Assembly: GCA_902782535.1 (NCBI GenBank) | Contig: CACZNM010000024.1 | Span: 1-33,574 of the forward strand | Reading direction: 5' to 3' | DNA from: an uncultured Erysipelotrichaceae bacterium | Lineage (GTDB): Bacteria > Bacillota_I > Bacilli_A > RF39 > UBA660 | DNA length: 33,574 nucleotides | Shown: positions 25,480 through 33,574 of the stretch, piece by piece | How the letters are laid out: every line of letters starts with the position of its first letter | Position numbering within the stretch: the stretch's first letter is position 1 | Program-made: the position numbers and the translations under genes | Notes under the pieces: model-generated | What the model saw: the letters and a program-made list of their open reading frames with translations, nothing else | Databases searched by the model: none | Told to the model about the DNA's origin: nothing

Positions 25480-26064
25480 CTATCTATTTAAAGTTTTTGC
25501 ATTTAAATTTTGAAATTTATTATTACTTTCAATATAACTATTATACAAAATAACATTCATATTGTTTATTAATTCCTTCATTTTATTAACAAATTTATCA
25601 TAGTTTAATACTTGTAAATAGTTATTAATTCTATCATTAGATTTATTTAAACTTTTCTCTATTTCATCAATTAACTCTTTAACCAAATTATTATAGGCTT
25701 TTTTCGTTTCATCAATAAATATTTTTCTTTCATTATTAATACATTCCTGATAATCAACATCATCGATATTACTTATTTCTTTCTTTAGATTTTCATATCT
25801 TTTATTAAGAATACTGGTTATTTCTTGTTTTATATTTTTATAAAAATCATTAACATAACTCTTTATTATCTTTTCATTTTTCTTATTTACAGGATTAATT
25901 TCTAATAATTTATTTATTACTTCATCTTTAAATAGATTTATTACGTTATCAATAACAATATGTAATATTTCATTATTATTATCTAAATCAAGATATAATT
26001 TATTTAAATAAATCTCGCGATTTTTTTCTTCTAATTGTTTTAATACATCATTATCTCTATCCAT
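25480..26064 (-). CDS. hypothetical N/K/E-rich helical protein
   Basis: 194-aa ORF with RBS AAAGGAGGATT-ATG. No TM segment and no recognisable motif. Confidence 0.7.
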   Translation of the reverse strand: MDRDNDVLKQLEEKNREIYLNKLYLDLDNNNEILHIVIDNVINLFKDEVINKLLEINPVNKKNEKIIKSYVNDFYKNIKQEITSILNKRYENLKKEISNIDDVDYQECINNERKIFIDETKKAYNNLVKELIDEIEKSLNKSNDRINNYLQVLNYDKFVNKMKELINNMNVILYNSYIESNNKFQNLNAKTLNR

Positions 26065-26086
26065 AATCCTCCTTTATTATAGTTAA

Positions 26087-26115
26087 AGAATATCATTTTT
26101 TCTTTTTCTTGTCAA
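26087..26115 (-). promoter_or_regulatory. sigma-A-type promoter of the 194-aa gene
   Basis: Minus strand reads TTGACA (26110-26115), a 17-nt spacer, then TGaTATTCT (-10 at 26087-26092). Confidence 0.5.
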
Positions 26116-26185
26116 GAAAACGTAAATTTTATTAGATTTTATTCTTTTAAAAAAGAAAAATGTCGAATTAAGTCATTATTAAAAG

Positions 26186-26216
26186 TAAAAAAAGAAAATG
26201 TTATTATAACACTTTC
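26186..26216 (-). terminator. terminator after mfd
   Basis: GAAAGTGTTAT-a-ATAACATTTTC (one G:U pair) begins at the mfd stop and is followed on the minus strand by TTTTTTT. Confidence 0.6.
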
Positions 26217-29200
26217 TATACTAATAAGTTAACCAGTTTTATTAGATAATAAATATAATGTTTATCTAATTTAGGTAGTTCTAATACAATACCTAAGCAA
26301 CTATTATGATAATTAAACTTAAAATATGGAGAAATATTATATGATTCCATAAATAGTTTCTCTCCATCTATCTTACTACTCTTATCTTTACTCAAAATAA
26401 TTTCAACTCTTGTTTGATTTTCATTAATCTTAATAATTCCAACCCGTCTTGCAACTTTTTCAAACCATTCTTCATACATATAGATTTCCATTTCCTTATC
26501 TATTTTACCAAAACGATCTTCAAGTTCTTTTTTCACTTCAACAAGCTTTTCGTAACTATCAATACTATTAATCAATTTATGAATTTCTATCTTAAGTTCA
26601 TTTTCGAACACATAATTATCGCTAATATGGGTACCAATATTCATTAAAGTTGGCTCATTAGCTTTTTCTTCAATTACTTCCTCTCCTTTTAATTTCTTTA
26701 TTTCATCATTTAATATTTTTAAATATAAATCAATTCCTACAGAATCAATAAATCCTGCTTGTTCGTCTCCTAATATATCACCAGCACCTCTTATTGATAA
26801 ATCACGATTGGCTATTTTAAAACCACTTCCTAATTCCGTAAATTCTTCAATAGCCTTTAATCTCTTTATGGCTTCATCACCTAAGACTTTACCAGGATTA
26901 TACATCATATAAGCATAGGCAATCTTATCACTTCGTCCTACTCTTCCACGAATTTGATATAATTGTGATAGTCCAAAATGATCGGCTTCCAAAATTATTA
27001 AAGTATTTACATTAGGAATATCAATACCTGTTTCAATAATTGTTGTACATATCATAATATCAGCTTGATAATTAATAAAATCATACATCTTATTTTCAAT
27101 GTCATTACGATCCATCTTGCCATGGGCATAAATTATTCTTGCTTCTGGTACCAAAGATTGAATTTGATATACTTTATGTTCAATTAATTCAACGTGATTA
27201 TAAAGTATAAATACTTGTCCATGACGCGCTAATTCTTTATAAATTGCATCTTTAATTAAAGTATCATTTTCTTCTGTTACATATGTTTGAATAGGATACC
27301 TATTCACTGGTGGTGTCGTGATAAGGGAAAGACTTCTAATACCAATAAGTGACATTTGGAGTGTTCTTGGTATTGGGGTTGCAGTAAGCGTTAAGACATC
27401 AATATCACTTTTATATTTTTTTATTTTCTCTTTATGGATTACGCCAAAACGTTGTTCTTCATCAATTACTAATAATCCTAAGTCTTTAGGTTTTATCGCA
27501 TCGTTTAAAAGTCGATGGGTGCCAATTAAAAAATCTATTTTCCCGGAATTAAACTTTTCGATAATATCTTTTTGCTTACTGCTAGGCACAAATCTATTTA
27601 AAAGAGCAATTTCTACAGGATAATTTTGAAATCTTGCGATGGCATTATTATACTGTTGCATCGAAAGAATAGTGGTTGGACAAAGATACATTACTTGTTT
27701 ACTATTTTCAACAGCCTTAAATATAGCGCGAAAAGCTACTTCTGTTTTACCAAAGCCTACATCACCACAAAGAAGTCTATCCATCGGATGACTTGTCTCC
27801 ATTTCTTCTTTAATCTGCTTAGTAGCAAGAGCTTGATCTTCGGTTAATTCATATTCAAATTCTTTTTCAAACATTTCTTGAAGTTCATCATCTTCACTAT
27901 ACTTAATACCTTTTTTCATTTTTCTTTCAGCATAGATACGAATTAATTCTCCTGCAATATTCTTGACTTTATTTGCAACACGCATCTTAGTCTTTTGCCA
28001 TTCTTGACTATTTAAACTATTGATTTTGGGAACAACACCCTCTTTTCCTGAATATTTACTAATTAATTCAATTTTTTCAACAGGTATATATAATTTATCA
28101 TTTCCTTTATAAAGAACTTCAATATAATCTTTTTTTACATTATTAGTTGTTAGAGTCTTAATCCCATTATATACACCAATACCACTCACATTATGAACAA
28201 TATAATCCCCTATTTCTAATTTATTAATATCACGAATCTTAGTAGAATATTTAAATTTCGTTTTATATTTCTTTTTCTGCATCGTTATATTAAATAAATC
28301 TTTATCAGTAATTAAAATAATATCATTATATATAAATCCCGTTTCTAATTCATAAGGAACAATATTTACTTCATTTTTTATAATATTATTTACATCCGTA
28401 ATAAGATATTTAAAATTTACCCTTTTGGTAAACGATTTTATTTGATAATCTTTTAAAGTAAGAATAATTGTTTTTCCTTTATTGGCGTTAATAAAGTTTT
28501 CTATTCCATCTAAGTTCTCCTTAAATTTTGGGACTTCTTTCATCTTAAAATCTATTATCTCTATCTTTTTATCACTAATTAAATTATCATGGGTTAAATA
28601 GTGTGCAACTTTCTTATTATCCAAAATAGATAAATCATGCATATAATCTTCTTTATAATCAACATCCTTACTCTTTCGATATTCATCCATCTGCTCCTCT
28701 GTTTTTTTATAAAGACTCTTAATTTGTGAATAATCCTTAATAAAGATTAAAGGATTATCTAAATAATCAATAATACTTACTACATCTTTACTATATTTTT
28801 TGATATAACTTTGATTAATAGGTTCCTCTATACTTCCATCTATTAATAACTCTGTTACTGGATAAATTAATATTTCTTCGATATTCTCTATTGATTTTTG
28901 ACTATCACTATCAAAATAACGAATAGATTCTATTTCATCACCAAAATATTCAATACGAACAGGATTAATACTTGATACAGGGAAAATATCAATAACATAA
29001 CCTCGAACTGCAATATCGCCAGTTTTAGATACAATAGTATCACGAACATAACCATTTCCTATTAAATCATCAACTAATTTTTCTGGTGGATACTCATTAC
29101 CTTTAGCAAGTTTAATAATATGTTTTTGATATATTTTTTTTGTAGGTAAAAAACGCAATAATCCCATTAAATGCGTAACAACAATATGTCTATCATTATC

Positions 29201-29506
29201 TAAAAGATTATTAATAGTTTCTAATCTCGTAATCTTTAAATCCGGACTAGCTGAAATAGCGAGACTAGTTAAAAAGTCATCCATAGGAAAAAATAGTGTT
29301 TGATAATTTATATTAGCTAATTCATCTAATATTTTATTCGCTTCAAACAAAGTTGGAGTAACTATTAAAATATTTTGTTTTTTTAACTTAAAATATTCAT
29401 TTATATAAAGACAAAAAGAGGTATCGTTAATACCCTTTAAAGCTATATTATTTACTTCTTTTTCTATTTTAAATAAATCTTCATTTAATTTCATATGTTT
29501 CACCAT
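26216..29506 (-). CDS. mfd: transcription-repair coupling factor
   Basis: 1096 aa with helicase Walker A GDVGFGKTEVA and DEEQRFG, plus a UvrB-homology N-terminus. An alternative start at ATG 29494 has GGTGA 5 nt upstream. Confidence 0.97.
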   Translation of the reverse strand: MVKHMKLNEDLFKIEKEVNNIALKGINDTSFCLYINEYFKLKKQNILIVTPTLFEANKILDELANINYQTLFFPMDDFLTSLAISASPDLKITRLETINNLLDNDRHIVVTHLMGLLRFLPTKKIYQKHIIKLAKGNEYPPEKLVDDLIGNGYVRDTIVSKTGDIAVRGYVIDIFPVSSINPVRIEYFGDEIESIRYFDSDSQKSIENIEEILIYPVTELLIDGSIEEPINQSYIKKYSKDVVSIIDYLDNPLIFIKDYSQIKSLYKKTEEQMDEYRKSKDVDYKEDYMHDLSILDNKKVAHYLTHDNLISDKKIEIIDFKMKEVPKFKENLDGIENFINANKGKTIILTLKDYQIKSFTKRVNFKYLITDVNNIIKNEVNIVPYELETGFIYNDIILITDKDLFNITMQKKKYKTKFKYSTKIRDINKLEIGDYIVHNVSGIGVYNGIKTLTTNNVKKDYIEVLYKGNDKLYIPVEKIELISKYSGKEGVVPKINSLNSQEWQKTKMRVANKVKNIAGELIRIYAERKMKKGIKYSEDDELQEMFEKEFEYELTEDQALATKQIKEEMETSHPMDRLLCGDVGFGKTEVAFRAIFKAVENSKQVMYLCPTTILSMQQYNNAIARFQNYPVEIALLNRFVPSSKQKDIIEKFNSGKIDFLIGTHRLLNDAIKPKDLGLLVIDEEQRFGVIHKEKIKKYKSDIDVLTLTATPIPRTLQMSLIGIRSLSLITTPPVNRYPIQTYVTEENDTLIKDAIYKELARHGQVFILYNHVELIEHKVYQIQSLVPEARIIYAHGKMDRNDIENKMYDFINYQADIMICTTIIETGIDIPNVNTLIILEADHFGLSQLYQIRGRVGRSDKIAYAYMMYNPGKVLGDEAIKRLKAIEEFTELGSGFKIANRDLSIRGAGDILGDEQAGFIDSVGIDLYLKILNDEIKKLKGEEVIEEKANEPTLMNIGTHISDNYVFENELKIEIHKLINSIDSYEKLVEVKKELEDRFGKIDKEMEIYMYEEWFEKVARRVGIIKINENQTRVEIILSKDKSSKIDGEKLFMESYNISPYFKFNYHNSCLGIVLELPKLDKHYIYYLIKLVNLLV

Positions 29507-30047
29507 TATATTTACTCATTACTTTTTCAATATTAAAAGAAATAAAATCATTTATCACATCATTAGAGAAATTCATTATTTTATGTATTTTTTCTAAATC
29601 ATCTTTATTAAATTTTCCTAATACATAATCTTTAGTATCATATTTCAAGTTTTTTCCAATACCAACTTTAAATCTTGAAAAAAACTCAGTTCCTAAATTT
29701 TCAATAATGTTCTTTATTCCATTATGTCCACCACTTGAACCTTTGTATTTAATTCTTATTTTACCAACATTCATGTCTAAATCATCCTGTATTACTAATA
29801 TATCTTCTGTTTTAATTTTAAAATAATTAGCATATTTCTTGACAACTACTCCTGATAAATTCATATAAAGAAGAGGCTTCAATAAAATTACATATTCATT
29901 ATTTATATAAAATTTAGCATATAATCCATTATATTTTTTACTAAAAGAAAGGCTATTGTCTTTAGCATAGTTATCTAATATCATAAACCCAATATTATGC
30001 CTTGTATTTTCGTATTCATTTCCTGGATTACCAAGACCTACTATCAT
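29481..30047 (-). CDS. pth: peptidyl-tRNA hydrolase
   Basis: MIVGLGNPG and catalytic His context TRHNIGF. The track start is a GTG at 30062. ATG 30047 gives the canonical N-terminus, but either is possible. Confidence 0.93.
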   Translation of the reverse strand: MIVGLGNPGNEYENTRHNIGFMILDNYAKDNSLSFSKKYNGLYAKFYINNEYVILLKPLLYMNLSGVVVKKYANYFKIKTEDILVIQDDLDMNVGKIRIKYKGSSGGHNGIKNIIENLGTEFFSRFKVGIGKNLKYDTKDYVLGKFNKDDLEKIHKIMNFSNDVINDFISFNIEKVMSKYNGETYEIK

Positions 30048-30054
30048 TTTCACT

Positions 30055-30789
30055 TTAAACACCTTCTTTTATATTAAATATTCTTTTTATTTCATCTTTA
30101 TATGTTCCATCATTATTATGAATATATAAAGGTTTTTCAAATTCTACTTCACTTTTACCGTTTTTGATACATTCTACCATAAATAAATTAGATTTTTTAT
30201 CAATTTTTGGATAAATTAATTTGATTCTTTTAGGAGTCAAATTATGTTTTTTTAATAATTCAATTATTTCAAAAAATCGTTCTGTACGATGAACCATGGC
30301 AAAATGACCACCGTTTTTTAATAAATATACTGATATATTTATAATATCTTCTAATGACGTATTACCTTCGTGTCTTGCAATTACTTTATGAATATCATTA
30401 TTCATTATTTCTTTATTAGGATTTTTAAAATATGGTGGATTAACGGTTATCAAATCAAAACTATCTCCATCATAAATTCTTTTCAAATTTTTCAAATCTT
30501 CATTAAGAATTGTTATTTGTTCTTGTAGATTATTCATTTCTATAGTTTTTTTAGCAAGTTCAAAAATATCTTTTTGAATTTCAACACCCAATATTTTAGC
30601 TTTCGTTTTCAATGATAACAAAAGTGGTATAGGTGCATTACCTGTACATAAATCTAATATTTTTTTATAACGAGGATTTATTTTTACAAAATTAGGCAAA
30701 AGGACCGATTCAAGAGAAAATTTGAACCAGTCATCGTTTTGAACAATTTTTAAATTGTTATAGCCAACAAGTGTGTTAATTCTTTCCAT
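30055..30789 (-). CDS. SAM-dependent N6-adenine methyltransferase, YabB/TrmN6 (tRNA m6A37)-like
   Basis: SAM motif ILDLCTGNAPIP and catalytic VNPPYF. Sits next to ricT/holB, as yabB does in Bacillus. Confidence 0.8.
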   Translation of the reverse strand: MERINTLVGYNNLKIVQNDDWFKFSLESVLLPNFVKINPRYKKILDLCTGNAPIPLLLSLKTKAKILGVEIQKDIFELAKKTIEMNNLQEQITILNEDLKNLKRIYDGDSFDLITVNPPYFKNPNKEIMNNDIHKVIARHEGNTSLEDIINISVYLLKNGGHFAMVHRTERFFEIIELLKKHNLTPKRIKLIYPKIDKKSNLFMVECIKNGKSEVEFEKPLYIHNNDGTYKDEIKRIFNIKEGV

Positions 30790-31570
30790 TGCCTACTATT
30801 ACCTCATGAATATTACTTTGTTTATCTTCAACGTATATCTTTTGACTTAAAATATCAATATTAATTACTTTTCCTGCAACGTTTTTATCTTTATAGTCAT
30901 CACCAATATCAGGAAGATTTTCTCTTAATTTTGTATAAACAACATCTTCATAAGCAAGGCAACATAATAATCTACCACATGAACCATTTATTTTAGTAGG
31001 ATTAAGAGCTAACAACTGATTTTTAGCCATATTTATTGTTACACTATTTAAATCAGTTAAAAAAGTATTACAGCAAAGCATTCTTCCACAAGGACCTAAT
31101 CCACCTATTTCTTTAGCTTTATCACGAACACCTATTTGTCTTAACTCTATTCTTGTTCGATAAATAGCAGCAAGTCTTTTCGCTAGTTCACGAAAATCAA
31201 TTCTCTCATCAGCTAAAAAATTGAAAAGTAACTGTTTTCGATCAAAAGTATAACTTGCATCAATAATGTTCATATCAAGTTTTAATTCATCTACTATTTC
31301 TCGTGCTTTTATTAAAGCTTTACCTGCATCTTGATTATTTTTGGAATTGGCTTGCGTATCCTTTTTCGTTGCATATCTTACTACTTCCTTTAAAGGATAT
31401 GAAAAATCATTTTCATTGATTTCTTTAGCTTCAGTTACAACTGTTCCGTATTGCAAACCTTTTTCCGTCTCAACAATAACATTATCGCCAATGTTTAAAT
31501 CAAAATTACTTGAATCAAAATTATAAACTCTACTTTTCTTATTAAAAGTTATTCCTACTATCCTTGGCAT
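30776..31570 (-). CDS. ricT: PSP1-domain protein RicT (YaaT)
   Basis: 264 aa. Cys clusters GPCGRMLCC and GSCGRLLCC typical of the PSP1 C-terminal domain. Follows holB. Confidence 0.85.
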   Translation of the reverse strand: MPRIVGITFNKKSRVYNFDSSNFDLNIGDNVIVETEKGLQYGTVVTEAKEINENDFSYPLKEVVRYATKKDTQANSKNNQDAGKALIKAREIVDELKLDMNIIDASYTFDRKQLLFNFLADERIDFRELAKRLAAIYRTRIELRQIGVRDKAKEIGGLGPCGRMLCCNTFLTDLNSVTINMAKNQLLALNPTKINGSCGRLLCCLAYEDVVYTKLRENLPDIGDDYKDKNVAGKVINIDILSQKIYVEDKQSNIHEVIVGNGKN

Positions 31571-32411
31571 AATTCAACTCCTTGCTTATTTCTATTATAT
31601 ATCTATCTATCAATAAATTCAAATTAATATTTCTTTTAATTAACATCTTAAGTTTATTAGTAATATCCAGCATATTTATAATATTATCTACAGGTACATC
31701 ATCATATTCATTAATATCTAAAATGCTTTCATAATCTTTTTTATATCTCTTATCAATATGATTACTCAATATTTTCTCTAATATTTGAAATGCATCATAC
31801 ATTTTAATTCTATCACTATTTATATTTTCAAAAAAATCGTTTGTATATGCTATTGTTTTAGAACCAATTCTTTTTATTTTGATTAAGAAGGATAACATAT
31901 TATTAATCAATTCATTATCTATTTCATTTATATCAAAAGTAAAATTTAAAACCTGGCATCGCGAAACAATTGTGGATAAAACATAATCAATATTTTCTGT
32001 TAATAAAACACCATATAGATTGTCCACTGGTTCCTCTAAAAATTTCAATATTTTATTGCTTACTTCTTTTGATAGTCGTTCCATACCATAAATAACATAG
32101 ACACGTCTACCATTCGTTCTTAAAGATTTTGTTGTCATTATTTGAAAAAGTTTTTCAATTTCTTCCGTTTTAATACCAATCGTATCAGGATTTATGATAT
32201 ATAAATCATCATATTCATCGTTATCAATTTGATAAATTACATTTTCTTTAATATCTTCATCTATTTCTTCACATATAATTTTTTTAGCGAACTCTTTGGC
32301 ATAAAAAAGCATATGTTTTAGGGAATTAGTATTAAATAAATAGGCATGCGAAAAACTAGTTATATAACTAGTTATCTCATTAAAATCATCTACATTATTA
32401 ATTTTTGCCAT
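31542..32411 (-). CDS. holB: DNA polymerase III delta-prime subunit
   Basis: 289 aa with N-terminal SHAYLF and a clamp-loader-like SRCQ motif (IVSRCQVLNF). The Walker A is degenerate (no GxxGxGK), which is common for delta-prime. Confidence 0.8.
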   Translation of the reverse strand: MAKINNVDDFNEITSYITSFSHAYLFNTNSLKHMLFYAKEFAKKIICEEIDEDIKENVIYQIDNDEYDDLYIINPDTIGIKTEEIEKLFQIMTTKSLRTNGRRVYVIYGMERLSKEVSNKILKFLEEPVDNLYGVLLTENIDYVLSTIVSRCQVLNFTFDINEIDNELINNMLSFLIKIKRIGSKTIAYTNDFFENINSDRIKMYDAFQILEKILSNHIDKRYKKDYESILDINEYDDVPVDNIINMLDITNKLKMLIKRNINLNLLIDRYIIEISKELNYAKDSRNNF

Positions 32412-32412
32412 T

Positions 32413-32586
32413 TCATACTCCTACTGTCATTATTAATACAATCACAATAATTCCAACAAAATCAAATAACATCGTAAAACACATCGTCCATATATTTATT
32501 GGTATAACAATATTAAGATTAACTGCTATAACATTAAAAGCATATATTAAAAAAGTTCCCATAATAAACTTTTTTATATATTTCAT
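32413..32586 (-). CDS. bofA: BofA-like small membrane protein (pro-sigma-K processing inhibitor family), not in the ORF track
   Basis: Hand translation gives MKYIKKFIMGTFLIYAFNVIAVNLNIVIPINIWTMCFTMLFDFVGIIVIVLIMTVGV. KF..G..L...N.....L.I..PIN has the same spacing as the B. subtilis BofA segment KFVAGALLLVCVNMFGGSLGIHVPIN (from memory). Downstream of recR, as in Bacillus. The stop is 1 nt before the holB ATG. Confidence 0.55.
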   Translation of the reverse strand: MKYIKKFIMGTFLIYAFNVIAVNLNIVIPINIWTMCFTMLFDFVGIIVIVLIMTVGV

Positions 32587-32622
32587 AATATCACCAATAA
32601 AAATTATGTTAAAAGAATTATT

Positions 32623-33219
32623 TTATGTAATTATTTTTCGATTATCAAACGCTTTTTCTAGTGTTAAAGAATCGATATATTCCATATCAGCACCCATTGG
32701 TATACCAGATGCGATACGAGTAACTTTAATATCCATATCACCTAAAATATTTTTTATATAAAGTGCAGTCATTTCACCTTCAATACACTGCTTAACTGCA
32801 ATAATAATCTCTTTATACTTGTTTTTTGTAATCCGGTCAATTAACAAATCTAAACGCAATTCTTCAGGATTGATACCATTAAAAGAAGATATAAGACCAT
32901 TTAAGACATGATAATATCCTGTATAGACACCAAGTTTTTCAATAGAAAAAACTGTTTTGGGATCTTCTACAACGCATAAAATATCTTTATTTCTCGTTTT
33001 ATCTTTACATATATCACAAATATCATCTTCACACAAATTATTGCATATCTTACATCTTCGAATATTTTCTTTGATGCTTTTGATATTTATACTTAATTCC
33101 TCAACCTGCTCTTTTTCCATGGATAAAACGGCAAAAGCAAGTCTTTCAGCCGTCTTTTCACCAATACCCGGAAAATATTTAAATGATTCTATTAACAACT
33201 TAATACTTTTTGGATACAC
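32623..33219 (-). CDS. recR: recombination protein RecR
   Basis: 198 aa with an N-terminal HhH motif (GIGEKTAERLAF), a C4 zinc finger (CKICNNLCEDDICDIC) and a Toprim domain. Confidence 0.95.
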   Translation of the reverse strand: MYPKSIKLLIESFKYFPGIGEKTAERLAFAVLSMEKEQVEELSINIKSIKENIRRCKICNNLCEDDICDICKDKTRNKDILCVVEDPKTVFSIEKLGVYTGYYHVLNGLISSFNGINPEELRLDLLIDRITKNKYKEIIIAVKQCIEGEMTALYIKNILGDMDIKVTRIASGIPMGADMEYIDSLTLEKAFDNRKIIT

Positions 33220-33228
33220 TTTTTACTC

Positions 33229-33534
33229 CTAAAACAATCCTGGTAATCCTTTTGTATATTTTCCCATCTTTTCTTCAGTAACTTTATCAATTTGATTAAG
33301 AGCATCATTTACTGCGACTAAAACCATATCTTCTAACATTTCGATATCATCAGTTTCTAAAGGACTATCCTTAGAAATTTCTACTTTTTCTAACTTTTTA
33401 TTTCCTTTCATTGTTACTTTTACTAAACCATTTTCGGCATTAAAAGTCATGTTGGTAATAGCTTCTTGTGATTTCATCATTTCTTTTTGTAAATTTTGTG
33501 CTTGTTTAAGCATTGCTTGCATATTCATATTCAT
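33229..33534 (-). CDS. ybaB: nucleoid-associated protein YbaB/EbfC
   Basis: 101 aa. MLKQAQNLQKEM... N-terminus and C-terminal ...GLPGLF. Immediately upstream of recR. Confidence 0.9.
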   Translation of the reverse strand: MNMNMQAMLKQAQNLQKEMMKSQEAITNMTFNAENGLVKVTMKGNKKLEKVEISKDSPLETDDIEMLEDMVLVAVNDALNQIDKVTEEKMGKYTKGLPGLF

Positions 33535-33574
33535 CTCTCCTATTCTATTTCAACAAGATCAGACCCAAAAATAT

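Noticed and set aside
26414-27847. Plus-strand ORFs 26414-26647, 27318-27623 and 27626-27847
   Set aside because: All are antisense shadows within mfd.
31341-33232. Plus-strand ORFs 31341-31526, 32405-32761 and 32957-33232
   Set aside because: They are antisense to ricT, bofA/recR and recR. The 32405-32761 ORF covers the region where the minus strand encodes the BofA-like protein.
33540-33574. Possible 3' end of an upstream gene (dnaX by synteny; one frame reads ..IFGSDLVEIE-stop)
   Set aside because: Only about 10 codons are visible and two frames are open to the window edge, so there is too little sequence to support a feature.

Overview
AT-rich, low-GC Firmicutes-type chromosomal backbone. 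About 30 of 32 genes are on the minus strand; only mnmE and clpP are on plus. Most of the window is origin-proximal housekeeping synteny. Read along the minus strand from high to low coordinates it runs: ybaB-recR-bofA-holB-ricT(yaaT)-yabB-like methyltransferase-pth-mfd-[194 aa orphan]-spoVT; T-box-metG-tatD-yabE-like 3D protein-[two TasA-like paralogs]-spoVG-yabP-yabQ-divIC; tilS-ftsH-[229 aa orphan][562 aa orphan][LysM lipoprotein]-dusB-RDD-lysS; lgt-whiA-GNAT-[80 aa]; (clpP on plus); TGS-uridine kinase-gap-[46 aa micro-ORF]; [324 aa membrane protein][77 aa acidic protein]; (mnmE on plus). I saw no rRNA, tRNA, CRISPR array, transposase or integrase. The best candidate for an undescribed system is the lineage-specific cassette between ftsH and dusB (about 12.1-15.1 kb). 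Its 562-aa protein carries two R-N-x-x-x-H (HEPN RNase-type) motifs, one in each half. It also has its own near-consensus promoter, an unknown 229-aa neighbour and a probably co-transcribed LysM lipoprotein. Secondary candidates are a tandem pair of 259-aa secreted proteins with a SipW/TasA-like signal region, and a glycine-zipper membrane protein paired with a small acidic protein. Two small genes are missing from the ORF track: a BofA-like 57-aa ORF and a 46-aa membrane ORF. All family calls come from motif recognition by eye and memory. No searches were run.
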